A model generated the notes under the pieces. That model was not told where the DNA came from, did no database searches, and saw only the letters and a program-made list of their open reading frames with translations. This document shows, piece by piece, positions 55,475 to 64,000 of a stretch of 64,000 bases of DNA. Source of the stretch: a virus. The number at the start of each line of letters is the position of its first letter. The stretch's first letter is position 1. Position numbers and translations under genes: made by a program. Where the stretch lies: positions 44,688-108,687 of the IMG/VR virus record IMGVR_UViG_3300032315_000979. One strand, written 5' to 3'.

Positions 55475-55593
55475 GCAAATATGAATGGGTAAAGAGAGAT
55501 CAAGAAATAAGCTATTTATATACCAAAGAAAAAGGTTGGGTTGAAATAGTAAAAGAAGAATACTGGACATTATTAGAAATAGGAGAGGAATAA
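55471..55593 (+). CDS. 40-aa microprotein, absent from the ORF track
   Basis: MSKYEWVKRDQEISYLYTKEKGWVEIVKEEYWTLLEIGEE; AAGGA RBS. Confidence 0.55.
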   Translation: MSKYEWVKRDQEISYLYTKEKGWVEIVKEEYWTLLEIGEE

Positions 55594-55594
55594 C

Positions 55595-55915
55595 ATGTTA
55601 GATTATTTAAATTTAGGACCAACACCTACAAATGAAGATTGTGCTCAAGTTGGTAGTCCTGATTTTGAAAAAAGAGCAAATAGGCAATTGGATGCATATA
55701 AAGCTCAACTTGAGCGTATGTTTCCAGGATTAGAAACACATAAGAGTATGGAATTTAAAAAGATGTGGTTTCCACATGATTTTGGTTCATATGGTGAAAT
55801 TGTAATTGTTTATGATGCTGATAACGAATTGGAAGCAGCAACAGCAATTGAAATTGAATGGAATACCCCAACTTTTTGGGATGATGAAGCAATGAAAGAA
55901 TTATTCGGTGTATAA
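55595..55915 (+). CDS. conserved phage early hypothetical protein
   Basis: LGPTP.NEDCAQVG, PHDFGSYGEIV; GAGG RBS. Confidence 0.7.
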   Translation: MLDYLNLGPTPTNEDCAQVGSPDFEKRANRQLDAYKAQLERMFPGLETHKSMEFKKMWFPHDFGSYGEIVIVYDADNELEAATAIEIEWNTPTFWDDEAMKELFGV

Positions 55916-55934
55916 AAACAATCAGGAGAAGATA

Positions 55935-56090
55935 ATGAATAAATGTAAAGTATGCAATACAACAGAAAATATTATTTATAGTGGAGTTGACGCTTTTATG
56001 TTGGGTCAAGAAACTACAGAAAATATTTGTTATCCATGTGCAAATGAACAATATACAAATCAAACAAGCAATAAAGAGCTAGTAAAATGA
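55935..56090 (+). CDS. small Zn-finger protein
   Basis: CKVC...CYPC; AGGAG RBS before ATG 55935. Confidence 0.6.
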   Translation: MNKCKVCNTTENIIYSGVDAFMLGQETTENICYPCANEQYTNQTSNKELVK

Positions 56091-56557
56091 AAAAAGTAAA
56101 TGACGATACACTAAAGATTCTATCAGAATATATCCATGATGCAGTTGATATTGATTTTGATATGGGTCAAGCAATAGCATATGGTGTTATGGTAAATAAC
56201 AATTTGACTGTGCAAATAGAACAAATTGCATCTGATGGTGATATTTACGATATGCTTTATGATAATCCAGCACTTGTTGCTCAGGTAAAAAATTATGATT
56301 TTATTACTATTGCGACAACTGGTTGGGCTGCACCTATTACTGATGATACAGATACTGATAATGAAATAGCTCCATCTAAGCATCCAAAAAGGCGTAGAGT
56401 TCGTCTTTTAGTTTCGGCTAATACCCATCTTCAATTTGCAAGTTCTATTTCATTTAGTGATGATTTAGAGAATCCAGTTTATGATTACGGTGACGCTAGA
56501 GGTCAGCTTGCAGAAGCAGTTAAGGAATTGATGATTGCAGGAATTGAGGTTCAATGA
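56087..56557 (+). CDS. hypothetical protein
   Basis: TTGWAAP..PSKHPKRRRVRL. Confidence 0.7.
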   Translation: MKKVNDDTLKILSEYIHDAVDIDFDMGQAIAYGVMVNNNLTVQIEQIASDGDIYDMLYDNPALVAQVKNYDFITIATTGWAAPITDDTDTDNEIAPSKHPKRRRVRLLVSANTHLQFASSISFSDDLENPVYDYGDARGQLAEAVKELMIAGIEVQ

Positions 56558-57246
56558 GTGATTTTGTTTCAGATATTGAAAAGTATGCAAAAATGGCAAC
56601 TGAAAAACCCCAGGATTTTGGATACTGGGGTAATTCAGATATGTTTGATACTTGGGGTTTTACTAATATTGATCAGAATAGAGATTCTGATCCATTAGAA
56701 AAAGCAAACTTCAAATATATTACTGAAGAGTTGATGGGTCTTTTCCCTGAAGATTATAGAATTGAAACTTATAATCATTGGGCTGTAGGTTCAGTTGACA
56801 GATTAGTTTGTCGTGTTTATGAAGATGATACAGATAAAAAAGTTATTGCATCTTCATTCTTTTTAGCAATGGAATGGTTAGACAAACTAAATGACTATCC
56901 AGTTGCTGATGAAGAAACATATAACAAAATGATTGATGATGACAATATTGACAGTATTGTTTTTTGGAATTACCTTAATCCTGGCTATGTAGATATTGAT
57001 AATAGTCCAGATTGGGCTTCTGAAGTTTATCATGAATTAGACATAAATATGGGTGTTGATGTCAGATATTCAGGCTTTAAAGATAATGATATCTTAATGG
57101 CAATCTACCAGCTTCAGATTTGGAGTCCAGAATTGTTTATGGAATGGTATGCATTTTGTGACCAAAATGGATTAGAACGACCTCCATTTACGGCTAATGA
57201 AATATCTAAGTATGACAAATCACAACCAGTATTGGAGTTTGAATGA
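56554..57246 (+). CDS. acidic conserved phage hypothetical protein
   Basis: RDSD.LEKANF, NHWAVG, LNDYPVADEE. Confidence 0.7.
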   Translation: MSDFVSDIEKYAKMATEKPQDFGYWGNSDMFDTWGFTNIDQNRDSDPLEKANFKYITEELMGLFPEDYRIETYNHWAVGSVDRLVCRVYEDDTDKKVIASSFFLAMEWLDKLNDYPVADEETYNKMIDDDNIDSIVFWNYLNPGYVDIDNSPDWASEVYHELDINMGVDVRYSGFKDNDILMAIYQLQIWSPELFMEWYAFCDQNGLERPPFTANEISKYDKSQPVLEFE

Positions 57247-57494
57247 TAGTAACAGCAACAAATCTAAATTCATCAATGCTTGAAAAATTAACTTACGAAC
57301 GAGATAATGATTCAATGTACGGTGAATTATCAGTTCTGTTTAAAACAGGTACTACATATTATTATGAACAAATATATGCTGATGATTTTAATAAATTAAT
57401 AAATACTCCAGGTTCAACTCCTGGAAAACAATTCAAAGCAATTATTGAGCAAAAATATACACATTATGACAAAGCAAACAAAGGAGAGTACTAA
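57243..57494 (+). CDS. KTSC domain protein
   Basis: SSML..L.Y...L.V.FKTG..Y.Y......F..L....S.GK.F. Confidence 0.8.
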   Translation: MIVTATNLNSSMLEKLTYERDNDSMYGELSVLFKTGTTYYYEQIYADDFNKLINTPGSTPGKQFKAIIEQKYTHYDKANKGEY

Positions 57495-58102
57495 TGCCAA
57501 ATCATTGCAATAATAAATTAGGTATTACTGGGTCAACTGAAGATATTAAAATCTTTATTAAAACCGTTGAAAACAACGGTTCAGATAAAGAAGATAATCC
57601 ATATGAATTATTTGCAAATCTATTGCCAATGCCAAAAGAATTAGAAGGAACGACATCATCATTTGGAAAAGAAAACAATATAGATTTAGTTGATAAGTAT
57701 GGTCATGATAATTGGTATGATTGGTGCAATGCTAATTGGGGAACTAAATGGGGTGATTATAGTTTGACAACAAGTGGTATTAGTCATAAGAAAAAATATG
57801 CGTATTCAACACTTGAAAATGGTGAAACAGATTATGAGAACCCAGTTGTGACATTATCTGGAGAATCAAGTATTCATTTTGAATATGATACTGCTTGGGG
57901 TCCAGGTTGTGATGAATTAGCAAACGGAATTGTAAATAGGTTTCCTAAACTGAGTGGTTTTATTTCATATGAAGAACCAGGAATGGGATTTGCTGGGCAA
58001 TTGATATTTGCTGAAGGTGAAATTAAACAACATGATCAATGGGAATTTCATCAAACTTATGATGATGTAGAAGACATTGACTTTGAATTATACGGAGAAT
58101 AA
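57494..58102 (+). CDS. YubB/DUF1281-like ferredoxin-fold protein
   Basis: MPNHCNN, WYDWC.ANWGTKW, FEYDTAWGP, YEEPGMGFAG. Confidence 0.8.
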   Translation: MPNHCNNKLGITGSTEDIKIFIKTVENNGSDKEDNPYELFANLLPMPKELEGTTSSFGKENNIDLVDKYGHDNWYDWCNANWGTKWGDYSLTTSGISHKKKYAYSTLENGETDYENPVVTLSGESSIHFEYDTAWGPGCDELANGIVNRFPKLSGFISYEEPGMGFAGQLIFAEGEIKQHDQWEFHQTYDDVEDIDFELYGE

Positions 58103-58104
58103 TA

Positions 58105-58593
58105 ATGGGACTAGACAATATACCTAAGGAATATCCATGTATTGATGTTGCAATTAAAGATCATGATGGTCGTATTGATTGCAATGAAACACAAGCTTGT
58201 GGTAAATGTACATGGAAGAATGAATATGAATCTAATCCAATGGTTAAATATTCAGTTCCAACAACAGGAATTATGGGAACTGATTGTTGGTATAGAGGTA
58301 AATATGGAAATGGACTATTATCTATGCTTGACGGTGTAGATGATATGTGGCATGAATCTTCACTTGGCATTTCATTTTATGGAAATGGTTTTGCTAATGG
58401 TGATGAAGGTATTAGCTCAGATGAGTGTTTTCATATGGCTAATATAATGAAAGATAACACAGAGAAGTTTGCATTTAATGCTAAGCAATTACATCCAGAT
58501 AATTATGAGGAATTCATTAAGGATTGGATGTACGCAACTTGGTGGTTAGAATTTGCAGGTGAATTTTGTGAAGGTTCAGCAATTTGGTATTAA
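58105..58593 (+). CDS. hypothetical protein
   Basis: MGLD start, CWYRGKYG; GGAG RBS. Confidence 0.7.
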   Translation: MGLDNIPKEYPCIDVAIKDHDGRIDCNETQACGKCTWKNEYESNPMVKYSVPTTGIMGTDCWYRGKYGNGLLSMLDGVDDMWHESSLGISFYGNGFANGDEGISSDECFHMANIMKDNTEKFAFNAKQLHPDNYEEFIKDWMYATWWLEFAGEFCEGSAIWY

Positions 58594-58610
58594 CTAACAA
58601 AGGAGATTAA

Positions 58611-58997
58611 ATGTTTAATATGGATGACTTTGAAAAAATGGGTGATACCAATAATGAAGTGCCAGATGGGATAATTGATGCGTCTGATTATTATAACGAT
58701 ATGGAAATCGTTACTAATATATTGGCTGGAATTGATTATGATGATATGACTTCAAGAATGCATGGAATGATGAATCTTATGAATTCAACATATGATGATG
58801 ATGGAGACATGAATTCAGAACGAGTGACTGGTGTGGTTATTGCTTTATCATTTCATTTTGTAAATATGATGAATAATCTAGAAAAAGAAAGTCGTGACGA
58901 GTATTTTGAATATGCTAAGAATGAAGTTCTTGAACAGATTAAAGATGATGTAGCAACATTGCCTTATTGGGACTTAGAGGAAACAGATGACGAATGA
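58611..58997 (+). CDS. highly acidic hypothetical protein
   Basis: Asp/Glu/Met-rich; AAGGAG RBS. Confidence 0.7.
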   Translation: MFNMDDFEKMGDTNNEVPDGIIDASDYYNDMEIVTNILAGIDYDDMTSRMHGMMNLMNSTYDDDGDMNSERVTGVVIALSFHFVNMMNNLEKESRDEYFEYAKNEVLEQIKDDVATLPYWDLEETDDE

Positions 58998-59274
58998 GCA
59001 TTGGAGTGAGAAAGCAAATTGTAGAACAATTAAAGGAATTGATTTCTTTGCCGAAGATATTAATGCAATACAAAGGGCTAAGAAAGTTTGTGAAAGATGT
59101 GCTGTTGCAGCAGAATGTTTGAATCAATCAATTAAAGCTGATGAAATATATGGCATTTGGGGTGGGCTTTCGCAAAGAGAAAGACGAAAGTATCATCGGT
59201 TATTTGAAAATAAAATGGAGATTAGTCAAGCGAAAGAGATTGTGGTAAAACATGGCAACAAAGTACTTAGATAG
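58987..59274 (+). CDS. whiB: WhiB-family Fe-S transcription factor
   Basis: W.EKANC..DFF..AKKVCERCAVAAEC..YGIWGGLSQRERR. Confidence 0.92.
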   Translation: MTNEHWSEKANCRTIKGIDFFAEDINAIQRAKKVCERCAVAAECLNQSIKADEIYGIWGGLSQRERRKYHRLFENKMEISQAKEIVVKHGNKVLR

Positions 59275-59434
59275 TGAAAAGCAATTTAAAGTAAGAGTTG
59301 TTAAAGATATTTATTTAGATTTACTAAGCATGAATGAGGCAGAACAAATTGCTGATTTGATTGCATCTAGAGAATCTCAAATGACAACACTTGGTAATTT
59401 AACTTCTGTTTATACAGAGGTTAGCGAACTTTAA
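59252..59434 (+). CDS. hypothetical protein
   Basis: 60-aa ORF overlapping the whiB end. Confidence 0.55.
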   Translation: MATKYLDSEKQFKVRVVKDIYLDLLSMNEAEQIADLIASRESQMTTLGNLTSVYTEVSEL

Positions 59435-59440
59435 TAGATT

Positions 59441-59476
59441 TGGGGTTAGGTTAGGCTGATCACTAGCCTAACCCCA
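59441..59476 (+). terminator. stable hairpin with two possible pairing registers
   Basis: TGGGGTTAGGTTAG-GCTGATCA-CTAGCCTAACCCCA; no U tract. Confidence 0.6.
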
Positions 59477-59498
59477 TTAAGAAAGATTGGAGAAAGTT

Positions 59499-59882
59499 AT
59501 GAGTAATTATCCACCTGGGGTTACTGGCAATGAATATGAAATTGCTGGGGGAAATGAATTTGAAGAATGGTTTGAATGTGATGCGACAGCAACTTATGTT
59601 CACATTACAAAACATGAAATGCACGATCTTGCAGATAGTGCATTGGCTTTATTTAATGAATTTAAAAGAAGCGGGAATATCACTGAGTATTGGGTTCAGC
59701 AACGCCTAAAGCCATTGCTTATGGAGTTGAACTCATATGCTACTTCAGTTGAAGTATATGAAAGCGATTGCAATTTTAGTGGTGTTGTTCTAAAAGAAGA
59801 GTACCAAGGATATGTTTCGGTTAATTGTCCAAAATGCGACAAAGATTATGAATACAAACTGTCTAAGTATGATGGTGAGTAG
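59499..59882 (+). CDS. hypothetical protein with C-terminal CxxC
   Basis: MSNYPPGVTGNEYEIAG; GGAG RBS before ATG 59499. Confidence 0.65.
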   Translation: MSNYPPGVTGNEYEIAGGNEFEEWFECDATATYVHITKHEMHDLADSALALFNEFKRSGNITEYWVQQRLKPLLMELNSYATSVEVYESDCNFSGVVLKEEYQGYVSVNCPKCDKDYEYKLSKYDGE

Positions 59883-59977
59883 CGCATACTCAAATTCGCT
59901 AATAGATTGGTTAAAAGAAAACTGGTGTTTCATTATATAAACGATTATCTGATGTTTTACATCGGGGAGGTAAGAAT

Positions 59978-60481
59978 ATGAGTATAGATGAAGAAATTAG
60001 TTTTAAAGGTATTAGGAATTCAAATTTCAATTGTGATTTTATTCCTGATGCTTTTATAACACAGTATGGATATTGCGGTGTAAATGTAAAAAATCATACA
60101 ATGCGTTTTCATCCATCAATTGATGAAGAATTTGCAGAGCATATTTATGAATGGCTTGAGCCTTCATTTTGGAATAAAGTGCAGGATATTGGTCATGCTT
60201 TTGGGTTTGATTATGTTCAGCCATCTGGTAGAAGTAATGGTTGGGCTTGTCCTGGGAACTTCTATAAAGAAAGTATTAATGGAAGCTATTTTCATATGAT
60301 TAAGCCTCCAGTATTGAATGGTCAAACAGATATGCCTTTGCGGGATATTATCTTAATTGAAAGATTTAACTCATTCTCGTTTTATGTTAAGCAATTGCAT
60401 AAAATGGTTTTAGTTGAAATGCAAAAAATAACAACAAACGAACAGTTACAAGAATTAGTTAAGGAGATTAGAGACCTATGA
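59978..60481 (+). CDS. hypothetical protein
   Basis: GRSNGW motif; GGAGG RBS. Confidence 0.7.
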   Translation: MSIDEEISFKGIRNSNFNCDFIPDAFITQYGYCGVNVKNHTMRFHPSIDEEFAEHIYEWLEPSFWNKVQDIGHAFGFDYVQPSGRSNGWACPGNFYKESINGSYFHMIKPPVLNGQTDMPLRDIILIERFNSFSFYVKQLHKMVLVEMQKITTNEQLQELVKEIRDL

Positions 60482-60873
60482 GTAAAGAATTAACATGTGA
60501 AGAGCGCATTGAAGATAGTATGGATAGAATGGAAGAACATCTTAGCCTTGTATTCAGGGTATTGGATGAAGATACATTTGATGAAGACGATGAAGATGAT
60601 CAGAAGCAATTGAAAGAAATTGAAGATGACGGTATTGATCAAGAAACAATTTATGAAATTGCTGCTGGTTCAAGTATTCATAGAGTTTTAACAATTGTAT
60701 TGAGTGGTGGTGGTCCATCTACACATATAGAAGCGCATTTAGATGAAGATGGAAATATTGAAAAAGCTACATATCACTATCTTGATTGGTTTGATGGTGC
60801 AAGAAGAAAAATCAATGAGAATTCAGCACTCTATAGGTTTGTTGAATGGGAAGCAGAAAGGTACATGCAATGA
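60478..60873 (+). CDS. acidic hypothetical protein
   Basis: LSGGGPS..YHYLDWFDGA; acidic patch. Confidence 0.7.
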   Translation: MSKELTCEERIEDSMDRMEEHLSLVFRVLDEDTFDEDDEDDQKQLKEIEDDGIDQETIYEIAAGSSIHRVLTIVLSGGGPSTHIEAHLDEDGNIEKATYHYLDWFDGARRKINENSALYRFVEWEAERYMQ

Positions 60874-61529
60874 CTCAAGAATTTCTTGAAAGAACAGATA
60901 CAGCAGGAAATATTATATACACATCAAAAACAGGAGAAAAAATAAACATGGAACCAGTAGAAACAAAGAATAAGGATGTCGTTGCAACAATGACATTCCC
61001 AGCAGAACAGTTAATTGAAATGTTTAAAGACTATACAATGACTGAAGATCAGGTTGAGCAACTCATTCAAAACTATGATTTTGAAGATGTAATTGAATCA
61101 GGTCTGAGCAATCATGATTGGAATGATGAAGTTGAAAATGTCCTTAATTCTATTGATGTAGAAGATTATTTGGATATGGATACAATTGCAACCAATGTAA
61201 TTGAAAGCCTTGATTATAACGATATTGCTCGTGAAGTCAAAGATCATTTAGATCCAGTTGATGCTATGTCATTAGCTGAGGAATTGCTTACATCTTTTGA
61301 ATACTCATCACCTTGTCATGTTGGTAGCTTATTTATTAAGTCAGTAGAATCAATTATTGAAGGCTATATGAAGAAGCAAACAAATATTATTCCTGAAGTA
61401 GCAATTGCTGAGAATAATGATATCATTCTTCGTTCATTTAGTATTCTAGAAATTAAAGAGGTTCTAGATAGCCTTCAGTATACTGAATACAATAAGAATC
61501 GTGTCCTTGCAAGATTAATGGAAAAATAG
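60870..61529 (+). CDS. highly acidic helical-repeat protein
   Basis: Repeated D(F/W/Y/M)xDxxxxV/I units; ATG 60870 (coupled) or ATG 60948 (AGGAG RBS). Confidence 0.7.
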   Translation: MTQEFLERTDTAGNIIYTSKTGEKINMEPVETKNKDVVATMTFPAEQLIEMFKDYTMTEDQVEQLIQNYDFEDVIESGLSNHDWNDEVENVLNSIDVEDYLDMDTIATNVIESLDYNDIAREVKDHLDPVDAMSLAEELLTSFEYSSPCHVGSLFIKSVESIIEGYMKKQTNIIPEVAIAENNDIILRSFSILEIKEVLDSLQYTEYNKNRVLARLMEK

Positions 61530-61534
61530 AAAGG

Positions 61535-63172
61535 TTGAAAATGTCAAAGTACATTAAAATTTCTAATCAATCGGAGAATGTTAGTCGGATAGCCCTAGAA
61601 AAACTAGGGCTATCTACTAAAAGAAACGATCCAGATACGATTGGTCAATTCGGTTCAGGTATTAAATATGCTCCGATTGCAGCTTTGCGTATGGGATTGG
61701 ATTGGATTTTTACTGGTCAAGACGAAAAGGGTCAGTATATCCTTAAATATAAAGTAGAGAAAGAAGATGGTATTGACTGTATCGTTTATGATTACGGTGA
61801 TTACAAGAAATCATCTTCGTTTACGGTTGATGCTGGTGTATTGAGTTGGGAAGATGAATTCCAGGTTTATAGAGAAGCAATTGCAAATGCTATGGATGAA
61901 GCTAAGACTTCAGGAACGACATGGAGTCGTGAAATAGTTGATGCAAAAGATGTTAAATCTAATCTGAATGAATTTTCTGTTTATATCACTGCGTCACCAA
62001 ATATGATGGAAATCTATAACGATCACGATAAGTATTTCCTTGAAAATCGTACACCGTTATTTGAAAATAAATCAGGTCATCACAAGGTTGCGTTTTATAA
62101 GCCTATTAACAAAAATGTTCATGTTTATCATAAGCAAGTAATGGTTTATGAAAATGAAGATTATACATCAATGTTTGATTACGAGATTCAGAATCTAAAA
62201 TTGAATGAGATGCGAACAGTAGCAGATGAATGGTCAATGAATTATAGAATTGCCCAGGCTGTATGTGAGTGTAATGATATTTCAATTATCAAGCAATTTA
62301 TTAAGTCAGCAAATACTGATAAGAATTACTTTGAATTTGAATTTAGTGGTTCAATGCATGATGTAGATCGTAGTTGGAAAGAGGCTTGGGTTGATCTTTA
62401 TGATGAAGATTGCATTATGGTTACACCTGAAGAATCTCTAAATCAAGCGTATGTTTCTTTTATTAAAGAAAAGGGTCTTGATTTCAAGACGATTGGCTCT
62501 AGCTTTTTCTTTTGGATTTTGAAAAAAGCTGGTGTTCAAACAGTTGAAGATATTGCGAGTGAAGCAATCAACTATGAAATTGATAGTGATATTCATAATT
62601 ATCCAAAGTTGATCAAAGCAATTGAAATTGCAGCAAGATTTGAACCAGGCTTATTGCAATTAGAAAAACCAATTGCTTGCTTTGTTCCTAAACAAAAAGA
62701 TCACTATTTGGGTGTGGTTATCAATCCAAATACAAAAGACAAACAGATTCTGATTGACAAAAATCATGCGCTTAACGGTGAGCTAAATGAATTGGTAGCG
62801 ACTGTTATTCATGAATATGATCATTATGAAACTGGCTATTCAGATGGTGATTTGATTGGCAGAAAGTTTAGGGATTTGGCTGATCGCAGAATTGGAAAAA
62901 TGATGTGCGAATTTTATCGCCCTGATTTGATTCAAGTTGGAAAAGATGGTATATATATCCCATTGGAAAGTATTTCTGAATTGGGTGGGATTCAATATAA
63001 CACTGAGTGGTCAAAAGCATTAGAATGCTATATTATGTCAATCGGTAAAAGAGCTTATAAAATCCATTCACATGGATTAGATACTGGAATTGGTTGCGCA
63101 ATTGCAATTGATAACGGCACACGCTTCTTTATTGAAATTACTGAACCATTTACTATTAGTATTATTCACTAA
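61535..63172 (+). CDS. GHKL-type ATPase (permuted motif order) with HExxH domain
   Basis: GLSTKR..TIGQFGSGIK; YREAIANAMDE; TVIHEYDH. Confidence 0.75.
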   Translation: MKMSKYIKISNQSENVSRIALEKLGLSTKRNDPDTIGQFGSGIKYAPIAALRMGLDWIFTGQDEKGQYILKYKVEKEDGIDCIVYDYGDYKKSSSFTVDAGVLSWEDEFQVYREAIANAMDEAKTSGTTWSREIVDAKDVKSNLNEFSVYITASPNMMEIYNDHDKYFLENRTPLFENKSGHHKVAFYKPINKNVHVYHKQVMVYENEDYTSMFDYEIQNLKLNEMRTVADEWSMNYRIAQAVCECNDISIIKQFIKSANTDKNYFEFEFSGSMHDVDRSWKEAWVDLYDEDCIMVTPEESLNQAYVSFIKEKGLDFKTIGSSFFFWILKKAGVQTVEDIASEAINYEIDSDIHNYPKLIKAIEIAARFEPGLLQLEKPIACFVPKQKDHYLGVVINPNTKDKQILIDKNHALNGELNELVATVIHEYDHYETGYSDGDLIGRKFRDLADRRIGKMMCEFYRPDLIQVGKDGIYIPLESISELGGIQYNTEWSKALECYIMSIGKRAYKIHSHGLDTGIGCAIAIDNGTRFFIEITEPFTISIIH

Positions 63173-63180
63173 GGAGAATT

Positions 63181-63519
63181 ATGCCAAAGTACGGAAATTA
63201 TTTTGTTGTTGAGTTTAGGTTTCCAATCCAAGTTGATACAGTAAATACAATTCAAGAAGCTTTGAGTATTGCTGGACAAATATGTGAGAATCAACATGGG
63301 TTTAAACCTGATAATTGGTATGCAAGAATATTTGAATATCAAACTGGAACTGATGAAGTAGGACATGTTAAAGAATATTTTTACAATCCTCATTCAGCAA
63401 CACATCGTGAAATAACCAAGAATATACAATATTTCAATGAGATGGTTCATAAAGGTTTATCTCCAGATCTTAAAAAGAATAATAAGAAAATTATTAAAAC
63501 ACTTCTGGAAGAGAACTAA
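63181..63519 (+). CDS. hypothetical protein
   Basis: 112 aa, AAGGAG RBS. Confidence 0.65.
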   Translation: MPKYGNYFVVEFRFPIQVDTVNTIQEALSIAGQICENQHGFKPDNWYARIFEYQTGTDEVGHVKEYFYNPHSATHREITKNIQYFNEMVHKGLSPDLKKNNKKIIKTLLEEN

Positions 63520-63520
63520 C

Positions 63521-63949
63521 ATGGCAAATAGGAAAGTAATTTGTGCTGGATGTGGTCAAATATATCAAGCAGAAAAAACTCATTTTTATCGCAACAAAAG
63601 ATGTTGTGGTTTAGATGATTGTATTACGGTTATTGACACAAAAATAAAGCACAGAAATTATTTGAAACAGCGTAGGAAATTTGCTAATGGAACACATCGG
63701 AGAGGAGTTCGTTTTGACCTTAAGAGTATTGTTCTTGAAAGAGATGAGAATTCTTGCAAGACTTGTTCTGCAAAATCAGATTATCTAACTGTTCATCACA
63801 TAGTTCCAGTTTCAGATGGCGGTGGAGATGAGCTAACTAATCTGATTACTTTATGTGCTAATTGTCATGTAAAAGTTCACCAAGAAGGATCAGAAAATTT
63901 TGTCAAATTGTTTACAGATTACACTAAAGGAGTTTTGATCAATGTCTAA
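63521..63949 (+). CDS. HNH endonuclease
   Basis: VLERD..CKTC..VHHIVPVSDGG.DELTNLITLCANCH; start at ATG 63521. Confidence 0.88.
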   Translation: MANRKVICAGCGQIYQAEKTHFYRNKRCCGLDDCITVIDTKIKHRNYLKQRRKFANGTHRRGVRFDLKSIVLERDENSCKTCSAKSDYLTVHHIVPVSDGGGDELTNLITLCANCHVKVHQEGSENFVKLFTDYTKGVLINV

Positions 63950-64000
63950 AACAAAATATTGGCTTTGGATTGTTTGGATATGTATTGTACTTGGGATAAC

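Noticed and set aside
59872-59940. Possible 22-aa ORF MVSSAYSNSLIDWLKENWCFII
   Set aside because: No clear RBS and too short to support without conservation data.
246-63393. Many minus-strand and alternate-frame ORFs in the track (e.g. 520..798, 3499..3936, 8342..8800, 13587..14021, 40424..40804)
   Set aside because: They lie within well-supported + strand genes, lack RBSs and motifs, and look like antisense or frame shadows of biased codon usage.
1-64000. tRNA/rRNA genes and stop-codon reassignment
   Set aside because: No cloverleaf or T-loop consensus noticed in the few intergenic gaps (tRNAscan not run); core genes are intact in the standard code and TAA, TAG and TGA all act as stops.

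Overview
A 64-kb piece of a large, AT-rich (roughly mid-30s %GC by eye) tailed phage genome. Essentially every credible gene is on the + strand. Two WhiB genes, leaderless promoters and the gene order point to an actinobacterial host (probably a low-GC aquatic lineage) and to a siphovirus organised like the large Streptomyces BE/BK-type phages; this is inference from remembered synteny, not a search. Order: lysis cassette (membrane proteins, M15 peptidase endolysin); fibre/receptor-binding genes; head-tail connectors; major tail protein; tail chaperone with a -1 frameshift site; a 3676-aa tape measure protein; tail-tip genes; replication/recombination block (phosphoesterase, MerR-HTH, WhiB, DnaB, primase, SSB, HAD nucleotidase, DnaE, RecA-like, MazG, Cas4-like nuclease, RuvC) interleaved with four glycosyltransferases and a cytidylyltransferase; terminase; a structured non-coding gap at ~52.6-53.0 kb; then a more AT-rich run of small, often acidic early-type genes. 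Best candidates for new biology: (1) ~1750 aa of cargo in the tape measure protein between duplicated FxxGG...LHGGEY modules, including a DUF3626/ADP-ribosyltransferase-like motif set, suggesting a tail-injected effector system; (2) a multi-enzyme glycosylation system in which one GT4 carries a YqbF-like, possibly capsid-targeting, C-terminal domain; (3) a circularly permuted GHKL ATPase fused to an HExxH domain. All family calls come from motif recognition by eye; no database searches were run.
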